Positions 7,101-15,741 of a stretch of 20,000 bases of DNA are shown here, in pieces. The translations under genes were made by a program, and so were the position numbers. The stretch lies in sequence record DRR723986_9968, one strand, 5' to 3'. Position 1 is the first letter of the stretch. The number at the start of each line of letters is the position of its first letter. The notes beneath the pieces are model-generated. The model was not told the DNA's origin. It did not search any database and saw nothing but the letters and a program-made list of their open reading frames with translations.

Positions 7101-9083
7101 CTAAACTTTGAGAAGTAGCACACAAATATCATCCACTTGCTCGAGTTGACCTTTCCATTTTTCAAAGGTTTTATTTAGCTCTTCTTTTTGATTTTGCAAA
7201 GATTGATCTTTAATCCTAACCAATAAATCCTTAAAATTTGATGATTTAAACTTTTTACCTTTATCTCCTCCAAACTGGTCGACATATCCATCCGAAAACA
7301 GATAGATTAAATCATTTTTCTGAAGGTTAATAACCGTTTGATTAAATGGCTCTTGATGGGCATACTTTCCTATGGGCTGTTTAGAGGCTTTTACCGATAA
7401 AAAATTGGTGTTTAATGATGATGTTTTGTCAATTTTTACTTTTTCTAAACTATTCAGTGCGTTATCAAAATCACCCGTTCTGCAAACCCATAAAGGATTA
7501 TGAGCTCCGGCATAGGTGAGTTTATTTTGAGACAATTTGCATATGGCAATATCCATTCCGTCATTTAAACTTTTGTCTTTATTGCTGAAAGTCTTAACAA
7601 CCAAATTTCTGACTTCATGAAGAATTTCACTGGGTTCGTTTAATCGAGATTCAAGAACTGCCTTATTTAAAGCTTCAAAACAAACCATGCTAACCATTGC
7701 TCCTGGAACCCCATGACCGGTGCAATCTCCAACCGCAAAAATCAAATCGTCTCCTATCTTGTTGACCCAATAAAAATCACCTGAAACAATATCTTTAGGT
7801 TTGTAAAGTACAGCAGTTTCGGTAAAATAAGTTGAAAAAGCATCTAAACCCGGAAGCATTGATTCTTGTATTAGCTTACTATAATTTAAACTGTCTTCAA
7901 TGCTCATTAATGCATCTTCAAGTTTAAGACTTTTATACTCAACCTCTTCTTTTTGAGCCTGAATGGTCGCATTCAACTTTTTCGTTTTATAAAATATGTA
8001 AGTTGTAAAAATTAGCAAGACACCCACAATCAGCATTCCGGCAACTAACCAAGCGTTTCTTGTCCTTGTTTTTTGATTTTGAAGTTGTTCTTCTTTCAAC
8101 GCTGTTTCAGCAAGGGCAATTTCTTTTTCTTTTTCTGCTAAGTTTAATTGACTTTCAATTATTTTAACCTTTTGCAGTCTTTCTAAATCATTAATTTCTT
8201 TGTCGATTCGTAGCCATTTTTGTTGATAGTCAAGTGCTTTTTTATAATCCCCTTGTATTTGATAAATAGTTACGAGTTCTTGGAGCGCTTCTGCAGATTC
8301 ATACTTTAAATTATTTTCTTCAGAAAAAACATAGCTTTGTTCTGCGTAATCCTCAGCTAAGCTTAAATTAGCAAGGCTCGAATATGCCCTTGAAAGCAGT
8401 ACTAAAATAGTTGCTTTACTGTCTGTCATTTTCTGTTTTTCGGCAATCTCTAGTGCAACATTATACTGTTGAATAGCTCTATTATAATCTTCTAATAAAG
8501 TGTAATAGAGCCCCCAATTTTGATAGTAGTATAAAAATTCTTTAGGACGATCTTTTGACAATAACTTTTCAGTTTCATTCAAACAGTATTCCATAGAATC
8601 GGGCTGATTACTTCTGAAATAATCTAAACTTAAATTAGTGTAGCGCGACCACATCCCAGCTTCATTGTTAGCTCGCTTATCAATCTCAAGAGCTTTCAAT
8701 AGCATATTATGTGCTTGTTCTGATTCACCTATTCTTTCAAGTAAAATACTTTTAATGGAATAAACAGAAGCAAGCCCCTCATCATTCTTTGTTTCGCTAT
8801 AAATTAGGATGGCCTTGTTTAACGCAACTGATGCTGCGTCATATTGTCCGATTAGCACATAAAACCGACCTTTTCCGTGGTGAATTTCGCCATCAAGCGC
8901 ATGGTCGCCTTCTTTATTCGCTTGTAACTCGGCTTTTTCGTATAAAGCCATTGATTGCGCAGGGTTCTCATCATAGACAGCATCTGCCTTCTCAATTAAT
9001 TGGTTGATTGAACTTTGGACGTAAGCAGATAAACTAAAGCCCCAAAGTAGAAGGACAAACAACGATAACGACAATTTAGGCAT
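7101..9083 (-). CDS. Membrane-anchored TPR-sensor / SpoIIE (RsbU-like PP2C) phosphatase
   Basis: Signal peptide, TPR-like helical repeats, a TM helix (AWLVAGMLIVGVLLIFTTYIFY) and a coiled coil. The PP2C motifs follow: DIVSGDFYW, DCTGHGVPGA, DGMD, SDGYVDQFGG, DDICV. Confidence 0.92.
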   Translation of the reverse strand: MPKLSLSLFVLLLWGFSLSAYVQSSINQLIEKADAVYDENPAQSMALYEKAELQANKEGDHALDGEIHHGKGRFYVLIGQYDAASVALNKAILIYSETKNDEGLASVYSIKSILLERIGESEQAHNMLLKALEIDKRANNEAGMWSRYTNLSLDYFRSNQPDSMEYCLNETEKLLSKDRPKEFLYYYQNWGLYYTLLEDYNRAIQQYNVALEIAEKQKMTDSKATILVLLSRAYSSLANLSLAEDYAEQSYVFSEENNLKYESAEALQELVTIYQIQGDYKKALDYQQKWLRIDKEINDLERLQKVKIIESQLNLAEKEKEIALAETALKEEQLQNQKTRTRNAWLVAGMLIVGVLLIFTTYIFYKTKKLNATIQAQKEEVEYKSLKLEDALMSIEDSLNYSKLIQESMLPGLDAFSTYFTETAVLYKPKDIVSGDFYWVNKIGDDLIFAVGDCTGHGVPGAMVSMVCFEALNKAVLESRLNEPSEILHEVRNLVVKTFSNKDKSLNDGMDIAICKLSQNKLTYAGAHNPLWVCRTGDFDNALNSLEKVKIDKTSSLNTNFLSVKASKQPIGKYAHQEPFNQTVINLQKNDLIYLFSDGYVDQFGGDKGKKFKSSNFKDLLVRIKDQSLQNQKEELNKTFEKWKGQLEQVDDICVLLLKV

Positions 9084-9087
9084 GTCG

Positions 9088-9095
9088 CAAAAATA
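9088..9095 (-). promoter_or_regulatory. -7 promoter element TATTTTTG 4 nt before the SpoIIE gene ATG
   Basis: The minus strand reads gcTATTTTTGcgacATG, a perfect TAnnTTTG. No clear TTG at -33. Confidence 0.55.
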
Positions 9096-9133
9096 GCGAA
9101 ATCATCTTGTTGACTATAGAATATTACTCACAA

Positions 9134-12100
9134 TCACTCCACTTTCACTCTTATGCCCTCAGAATGAGATGTGAACTCAGGTGCATACATACATTGAATG
9201 GTTGTAATTCCATTAGAGAAGTTTCCTTTATGTTGCACCCTTAAATCATACTCAAAAACGTATGTCCCTTTAGGAATATAGTCAAAGAAAAAGTTAGTAG
9301 CTGCATCTTTAGTTGCTTGATAATATCCCAGGCCATCTTGATAATGATATCTCGACAACACATCTATCGGTTCAAAACCAGAAGCACGCATATCTTTCAT
9401 GTGAACATATTCTAGGTTTCGGTCGGTTCTTAATTCAATTCTAACCCGTACTTTTTCTCCAACTTTCAGGATGTTTTTATCATTTACCGGTTTCAACTGT
9501 TCTCCTTCATTGCTGACATTCACTAAGAAAAGTTTCTTTTCGAGCTTCAAATTAGTTTCAGCGAATGTAATTTTATCAAGATCTTCAAAATACTGCCAGT
9601 ACGCTGCTCCCCAAGCAATGCCTTTATCTTTTTTAGTGACTTTCAAGTCTCCCATTTTTGGCTTTACTTGTTCAGCTGTCCATGCAGTTTTAAAATAACC
9701 TGTTCCAGCTTCAGCTTTTACCTGGTAAGGGTTTTCTTTTTGTGGACTCTCTACATATTGGATAGGTTGACCAGCGACCAACACTTCAACTAGTTGATCT
9801 GATGCTAATAAATCTGACCCTTTTAATAGCAATGCATAAACCGATTCGGTAGTTTGCTTCGTAGTTTTCCAATGCGTTGTTTGTTTTTGTTTGAGTAACC
9901 ATATTTTAAGTTCATCAACACTTTCTTGATCGTCCACCACTTCATCAAACATCTCAATCATTAAAGCTTGTGTTTCAATCGGCGCTTGATACCAATAGTA
10001 ACCAACTTGATAATCCTTCCAATACATTCCGAATTCTTCGTGTTGAATTGATCGGTCTTTTAAGGACTTAACAATATCCGTAGCTAAATCTTTCATATCA
10101 AATCTGTGGGCAGCTAAAGCCAGCATTCCTTCGCCATAAATATTGAACGTAAGCCAAAATTTAATGGCCTGATCTTTATAATAAGAAACCGCTTCTTGAG
10201 TTTGCTTATTCATTGAAATCTCTGTGAAGTAAGATCTTGCATAGAGGTATTGTATTTGATTATATCCTATATGTTGGTTTGTTAGATAATTAGGATCCCA
10301 GCGTTTTGCACTTTTATAATCTGAAACGATTTCACCATCCAAATACTGAATTCCTTTTTTAATCATATTCCAAATTCTTCGGTCTTCTCTGACATCTTTG
10401 ATTCCAAGATGATCTAAGTGCCCCATACCGGTCATGATATGCTGAGTGATATAACGGCTTTCTTTCATCCCAGGGAACCAAGGGAATCCGCCATTCGCTG
10501 ATTGATTTTTAATGGTTTTTCCTAAGGCTTTATCCAACTCTTTTGACATCCGGTTCATATCTAAAAGAATAGAGAGATTCTTTTTGGTCTGCTCTTCACT
10601 TTTGGCATTTAATACCCAAGGTGTTTCTTCAAGCATTACCGATTTTAATTCTTGGTTTTTTTGAAGATTAGACAAGAACGCATCCGGAGATTCTTCACCC
10701 CATTTATCAATAATGGTTTTAATCTTAGGATTCGAATTCATCACATGTGTAGCAATGGCATTAGAATAATAACGAGTGAAAGTCTGCTCTGCACATTCAT
10801 ATGGATATTCCATCATGTATGGCATTGCTTGTAAAGCGTACCATGCCGGATTCGAAGTGAATTCAACAGTATACCTATGATGTTTTAGTGTTTTACTTGA
10901 GCCTGAATTCTTTAATTTTTCGAAAGAGAAGGTTTTTGATTCGTTTCCTCGAATTGGCATAGGTAGTGATTCTGTTACCAACATTCTATTCGATAAAATT
11001 GGAAGGACACTCTCCTCACCATCTGAGAAATCACCTGCGGCTGCAACTATCCTATACTTCACGGCAGATGTTTCATAAGGCACGTCTATTGTCCAAGAGA
11101 CTGACGTACTTTTGCCGGCTTCTACTTTAAATGCCAATTGCTTTTCTTTATGTTTGAATTTAGAATCAATTGGTTTTTCTGTGAAGGGATCTATTAAATC
11201 TAATTGGATGGCACCTTCAAGGTCTTTTTCAGAAATATTTGAGACTTTACTTGAAATGGTGATTTTATCACCTTCTCTTAAAAACCGTGGTGCGTTAGGA
11301 ACCACCATCAAATCTTTTTGCGTTACAACTTCTTCAGAGATTGTTCCGATTTTTAAATCTTTGGTGTGCGCCAAGCCAGAGAACTTCCATTTAGTTAATG
11401 ACTCCGGAATGGTAAAAGAAATTTTGACATTACCCTCGGCATCTGTTTTCAATTGCGGATAGAAAAAAGCCGTTTCGTTGAAATTAGACCTGGCCTTAAC
11501 ACCTGACAAATCTTTTTGATCTTCTAAAGGAATCAACTCTCCAAATTTTCCGTTTATGCTAGGTTCGAATTCTCCTGCACTTTCAGTTTTAGTAGTTGCT
11601 AAAGTTGCCGTATTATCTTGACGGTTACTTCCTCCTAAAACCTTTTTAGATTCTTTATTCTTTCTACCACCACCATCACCTGGTGCATTCATTTCTTCAG
11701 ATTCTGCAATTTCTGCGTCCATGCTATAATAAACACCATCATCCGCATATGAATCATAACCCCAATTGTAGCCATAAGACCCTCCATAATAATAGTAGTT
11801 ATATCCATGATAGTTCAGTACTGGGAAATATCTGCTCGGATAATAAACGTAATTATTCCACGAAGAATGCACATTATTACCTTGACTTGTGGTAACCCCA
11901 TGAGCTGTTCCCCACATTAAATTTCCGTAATACGAATTGTAAATATTCATATAAAATGAATTTGGGGTATAGAGCTCATCTAAACTTGCATCATATAATG
12001 TCGCCAACAATTCAGCTACTTCTTTTTCTCCGCCTGCATTCTTAATGGTCATGGTCCATTCTTCTTGCTGACCAGGCAATAACTTATCCCTGAAAGTAGA

Positions 12101-15100
12101 AAAAGACAAGTCAAGCTGCTTATTCGTGTGCGGAACAATTACAGTCACTGACTTATTGAAATGACGATTATTCTTTACCGCAGAAAAGTGTACCGAAAAA
12201 TTACCACGGTGAATTTCATTGACGCTAAAATCAAGTTTGATTTGCTCTTTAGATAACACAAAACTATTAGACTCTACAACTTCGTTTTTCACCTCAACGT
12301 CATAAAAAACCCTTAGATTTTCTTCGGCAGTCGCGATTAGAATTTCAGCTTTGCCCCCAGGTTCTACCGTTGTATTTAATTCCTTCATCCATAACACCTC
12401 ATTATTAGGAGCATCAGAGCTTGAAGGTTTGTACAGGGTAAAATACTTTATGTCTTTAATAGTAATGCCGTTTTTATCTTTTGCGGTCGCCTCATATTTG
12501 TACACACCAGGCGTCCATTTGGAATAGTTTTTTAACGCGACACTGTCTGTAATTTTCGTATCGAAACTGGTATTAAAAACAGTTTTTTCTTCTTCCCATT
12601 CATACATGCTGTTTTCGTTTTGGTAAACATGATGAGGGTAAACTGATTTGAATTGTTCTTTGGTCATCAGTGGTTGATCAGGTTGTTCCCAAAGTCGAGC
12701 GTATAACGGACCTATTGGTGTTTTGAGTTTGCTAATTTTTAACGAACCTTTGGCGTTGATTTTTTGACCAGATAAATTCGAAGATGAGATTCTTAAGTAC
12801 TCCTTCGTTTCACCATTCATTTGATTTTTCAAATTATTTGACAGCATCAAACTTTGGTAGCCAATAGTTACCGTTGTAGATGCTGAGTGAGTTTCACCAT
12901 TTATATCTGTTACGTCAACAGTAATGGTGTACAAGAAATATGGTAAATCTGAAGGTGCAACAGTTTTATCAGGAATTGCATTGAATTTTACTTTTAATTC
13001 CCCATTCTCATCTGTCGTTGTTGTCCCGTTTGCGATTTCTTTGGGCGCTTCATAAGGTCTCCAATACCACCAATAATACCAGCTATTAAAGGATGTAGAA
13101 CGGGTTACACGGTATTTCACATCCGCACCATCTATAAAGTTCCCTGCAAATGCTTTTGCTATTCCTGTCACCTCTATTTCATCATCCACTTGAAATTCGC
13201 CTTCTACAGGTTGCATTTCTACATTAAATTTTGGACGTTTATATTCTTCCACTCTGAAGTATTTTGACCCCCAAGCGTCTTGAATTCTCATTTGACCAGT
13301 TAAAACACCAAATGGTGCAGTAAATTCACCTTGAAATGATCCGAATTCATTTGTTTTAACTTCTTGATGTGCAATTTCTTGGCTATTGACATCATAAAAA
13401 TAAACTGTTGACGAATAATTCGTTTTTAATTCTCGCTTTTCACCTGAGTAGTCCATCATGATCCCTTTAAAGAAAATGGTTTGCCCAGGACGGTAAATTG
13501 CCCTATCTGTGAAGAATTGAGTGACAGTGGTCGCGTACTCACCGTAATCATAGTAGTAAGCGTAAGAGCGTTCAACCGGAGCATAAACTTCGCCTTCATG
13601 CGCTATTTTGAAAAAATAATTGTAATAATCTTTATCCGGTTTGAATTGAAATTGACCGGTTTCATCTGTTGAATAGTTTCCTAGAGTTTTGTGCTCATAA
13701 TTCCTGGTTAAGTAATTGTACTTTTCATAGCTTACCGTCACTTTTGCATCATTTAATGGTTCACCTGAAACTCTATTAGTAACCAATACATTCTGCATTG
13801 CTTTTTCATTTCTAACTTGGTAAGTTATATTACTTACCCAGATCGGGAAATAAGCCAATGCTTCATTCTCACCAGAAAAATTGGCATTGGAACTGGTAAC
13901 AATAAAGTAAAATCCGTTTTCAATTTCAGGCAATTGAATTTCTGTTGAATGTTGTTGAAAATCTTTGGGATCATTCAATTGCACCTCTGTATAATGGATG
14001 GCTTTAGCTTTTTGTAAGAATTCGGCCAATTCATAATAATTATACCGACTCTCATTATACTTTTTATAGTCATACTTTACTATTTTATAATGAAGTTGGT
14101 CTGTATTTTTATACTCCAATAAAAACCTTGATTTTAAGTTTGAAGGGATCGAATGTTCGCCTTTAATTGACATTACTTTAGTCATGATGTCATTTTTTAA
14201 AGCTTCGCATTGCTGACTTCCGTAAACATCTGGGTACTGTTTGATGGTTTTATTGCATATCTCAAGTGCTACTTTTTTCTCCCATCTGTTTGTGGTGTCT
14301 CCAAAGGCACGATACAAATCACCTTTTACAGAGTGGTATCTTGCCATTTCGTACCAAGCTTCAGAAGCATAGGATTCATTCTGATATGCTTGAGCAAGCC
14401 TCTCCAATCCAGCATAAAATTTTTCATCTGCATTGACAATTGCATCCTGGTTTGACATATAAATTAACCGTTCAAGCTCAATTGAAAAAAGGGCGTTTTT
14501 ATTATTGCCGGCTTTATGAAACTTTGTGAGTTCAGCCAAAATTTTGACTGCGTAAAAATCTGTGTTTAGTGAGTCTGTAGTAACGAAATTAGTGGCTGAA
14601 ATAAAGGTTGAATTCGATTCTAAAAACCGCTCGTCTTCTATTACATAAGTTTCCGCAGGACCTGGTACATTAAACGAGTTTGATTTAAAAAAGTCTAGAG
14701 CTCTGTGCGCTAAAAAATCAAAGAGCGTTGGTCGCATTGCACCGGTTTCTTTGTTCTCTGTGTATGAAGCAATGTCTGAGTAATCCTTAATCCACTCTGC
14801 TTTGGATATCTCCGCGTTTTGCAGGGACATCAAATAATGATCTCTCACTTTTTTAGCGATTCTTTTAAGGTCCCAGGTCCTTACATCCATCAAATCTACC
14901 TCTACCACATTTGTTCTATCTTGAAATTTCCAAGAATTCGAATTATAATATCCCCAATAAACTTCTGCTGATAGAGAGTGAAGAATTTCTTTTGACGGAG
15001 AAGGAGCAACTTTTATTAAACTATCCAGTCGTGCAATTCCTAGTATATAGTCTTCTTCTTCGAGATAAGCGTTATACTTTAACTCATAAAGCACTGATTT

Positions 15101-15304
15101 AATTACTTGGGTATGTACTTTTTCATGAGTGGCTTTATCAAATATTGAATTGACCTCGTTTAAAGCCATTCGATACAACCCTTTCTTTTGCAATGAATCA
15201 ACGGTCTCCCATTTTTGATCAAACTGTAAATCTGTTTGGGCCATCAGTTGATTTGACCAGATGAACGAAAAAACTAAAAAGTTAAAAATGAATATTTTAC
15301 GCAT
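9134..15304 (-). CDS. Bacterial alpha-2-macroglobulin family protein with intact thioester motif
   Basis: MG2 motif FTDRAIYRPGQ and FRVEEYKRPKF; RSNFNETAFFYP...PESLTKW; PRFLREGD; thioester YPYECAEQ (CAEQ at 10784-10795); C-terminal IQCMYAPEF. Start moved from the TTG at 15385 to the ATG at 15304 (MRKIFIFNFLVFSFIWSNQLMA-Q, a signal peptide). Confidence 0.95.
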   Translation of the reverse strand: MRKIFIFNFLVFSFIWSNQLMAQTDLQFDQKWETVDSLQKKGLYRMALNEVNSIFDKATHEKVHTQVIKSVLYELKYNAYLEEEDYILGIARLDSLIKVAPSPSKEILHSLSAEVYWGYYNSNSWKFQDRTNVVEVDLMDVRTWDLKRIAKKVRDHYLMSLQNAEISKAEWIKDYSDIASYTENKETGAMRPTLFDFLAHRALDFFKSNSFNVPGPAETYVIEDERFLESNSTFISATNFVTTDSLNTDFYAVKILAELTKFHKAGNNKNALFSIELERLIYMSNQDAIVNADEKFYAGLERLAQAYQNESYASEAWYEMARYHSVKGDLYRAFGDTTNRWEKKVALEICNKTIKQYPDVYGSQQCEALKNDIMTKVMSIKGEHSIPSNLKSRFLLEYKNTDQLHYKIVKYDYKKYNESRYNYYELAEFLQKAKAIHYTEVQLNDPKDFQQHSTEIQLPEIENGFYFIVTSSNANFSGENEALAYFPIWVSNITYQVRNEKAMQNVLVTNRVSGEPLNDAKVTVSYEKYNYLTRNYEHKTLGNYSTDETGQFQFKPDKDYYNYFFKIAHEGEVYAPVERSYAYYYDYGEYATTVTQFFTDRAIYRPGQTIFFKGIMMDYSGEKRELKTNYSSTVYFYDVNSQEIAHQEVKTNEFGSFQGEFTAPFGVLTGQMRIQDAWGSKYFRVEEYKRPKFNVEMQPVEGEFQVDDEIEVTGIAKAFAGNFIDGADVKYRVTRSTSFNSWYYWWYWRPYEAPKEIANGTTTTDENGELKVKFNAIPDKTVAPSDLPYFLYTITVDVTDINGETHSASTTVTIGYQSLMLSNNLKNQMNGETKEYLRISSSNLSGQKINAKGSLKISKLKTPIGPLYARLWEQPDQPLMTKEQFKSVYPHHVYQNENSMYEWEEEKTVFNTSFDTKITDSVALKNYSKWTPGVYKYEATAKDKNGITIKDIKYFTLYKPSSSDAPNNEVLWMKELNTTVEPGGKAEILIATAEENLRVFYDVEVKNEVVESNSFVLSKEQIKLDFSVNEIHRGNFSVHFSAVKNNRHFNKSVTVIVPHTNKQLDLSFSTFRDKLLPGQQEEWTMTIKNAGGEKEVAELLATLYDASLDELYTPNSFYMNIYNSYYGNLMWGTAHGVTTSQGNNVHSSWNNYVYYPSRYFPVLNYHGYNYYYYGGSYGYNWGYDSYADDGVYYSMDAEIAESEEMNAPGDGGGRKNKESKKVLGGSNRQDNTATLATTKTESAGEFEPSINGKFGELIPLEDQKDLSGVKARSNFNETAFFYPQLKTDAEGNVKISFTIPESLTKWKFSGLAHTKDLKIGTISEEVVTQKDLMVVPNAPRFLREGDKITISSKVSNISEKDLEGAIQLDLIDPFTEKPIDSKFKHKEKQLAFKVEAGKSTSVSWTIDVPYETSAVKYRIVAAAGDFSDGEESVLPILSNRMLVTESLPMPIRGNESKTFSFEKLKNSGSSKTLKHHRYTVEFTSNPAWYALQAMPYMMEYPYECAEQTFTRYYSNAIATHVMNSNPKIKTIIDKWGEESPDAFLSNLQKNQELKSVMLEETPWVLNAKSEEQTKKNLSILLDMNRMSKELDKALGKTIKNQSANGGFPWFPGMKESRYITQHIMTGMGHLDHLGIKDVREDRRIWNMIKKGIQYLDGEIVSDYKSAKRWDPNYLTNQHIGYNQIQYLYARSYFTEISMNKQTQEAVSYYKDQAIKFWLTFNIYGEGMLALAAHRFDMKDLATDIVKSLKDRSIQHEEFGMYWKDYQVGYYWYQAPIETQALMIEMFDEVVDDQESVDELKIWLLKQKQTTHWKTTKQTTESVYALLLKGSDLLASDQLVEVLVAGQPIQYVESPQKENPYQVKAEAGTGYFKTAWTAEQVKPKMGDLKVTKKDKGIAWGAAYWQYFEDLDKITFAETNLKLEKKLFLVNVSNEGEQLKPVNDKNILKVGEKVRVRIELRTDRNLEYVHMKDMRASGFEPIDVLSRYHYQDGLGYYQATKDAATNFFFDYIPKGTYVFEYDLRVQHKGNFSNGITTIQCMYAPEFTSHSEGIRVKVE

Positions 15305-15404
15305 AACATTATTTGTTCTAACTAAAAGTACAAGATTATGTGAGAAAGGTTCAGATAATTTATTAAATGATTTTTTACTCAACAAAATGTTAATTCTTTT
15401 TTAC

Positions 15405-15439
15405 TTGTTATTTAAACGTTAGGGTTATTTTTGCCGTCT
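15405..15439 (+). promoter_or_regulatory. Overlapping promoter motifs for the 77-aa ORF: housekeeping (TTG-N18-TATTTTTG) and ECF-like (AAAC-N17-CGTCT)
   Basis: TTG at 15405-15407 with TATTTTTG at 15426-15433. AAAC at 15414-15417 with CGTCT at 15435-15439. Confidence 0.55.
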
Positions 15440-15449
15440 TTTAAAAAAG

Positions 15450-15683
15450 ATGTCCATTAATATTGACACTAAAATAGCGTTGTTACCGATTACAATTAAT
15501 GATTTAAAAGATCGTTATTTTGAAGGGCGTAAACTCACTCAAGAAGAGTTACTTTCCATCCAAAATTATGACAGGTTTCGCTTAGAATATCTAAGTTCTG
15601 CTGGAGATGGAAAAGAGTTTGATAGCAGATACCTGGAACTTCAGGCGAAAGCGAATTTATCACCTTACACTGATTTTCTTTAA
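15450..15683 (+). CDS. Hypothetical 77-aa protein
   Basis: The ORF fills the gap between two minus-strand genes without overlap. It has an A-rich leader before the ATG, promoter motifs upstream and a hairpin 6 nt after the stop. No family recognised. Confidence 0.75.
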   Translation: MSINIDTKIALLPITINDLKDRYFEGRKLTQEELLSIQNYDRFRLEYLSSAGDGKEFDSRYLELQAKANLSPYTDFL

Positions 15684-15685
15684 CT

Positions 15686-15720
15686 AAAAAACCCCGATAA
15701 TCAAATTGATTATCGGGGTT
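15686..15720 (-). terminator. Rho-independent terminator between convergent genes
   Basis: Perfect 15-bp arms AACCCCGATAATCAA (15690-15704) and TTGATTATCGGGGTT (15706-15720). The T-tract is on the minus strand; it may act bidirectionally. Confidence 0.88.
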
Positions 15721-15741
15721 AATATTATTGGTTTACGTTTC

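Noticed and set aside
15305..15385. 27-aa N-terminal extension of A2M from the TTG at 15385
   Set aside because: The ATG at 15304 gives a normal signal peptide; the extension covers AT-rich intergenic/promoter DNA.
15690..15720. Perfect inverted repeat as a MITE/REP element or IS end
   Set aside because: It is single-copy in the window, has no transposase or target duplication, and its position and T-tract fit a terminator.
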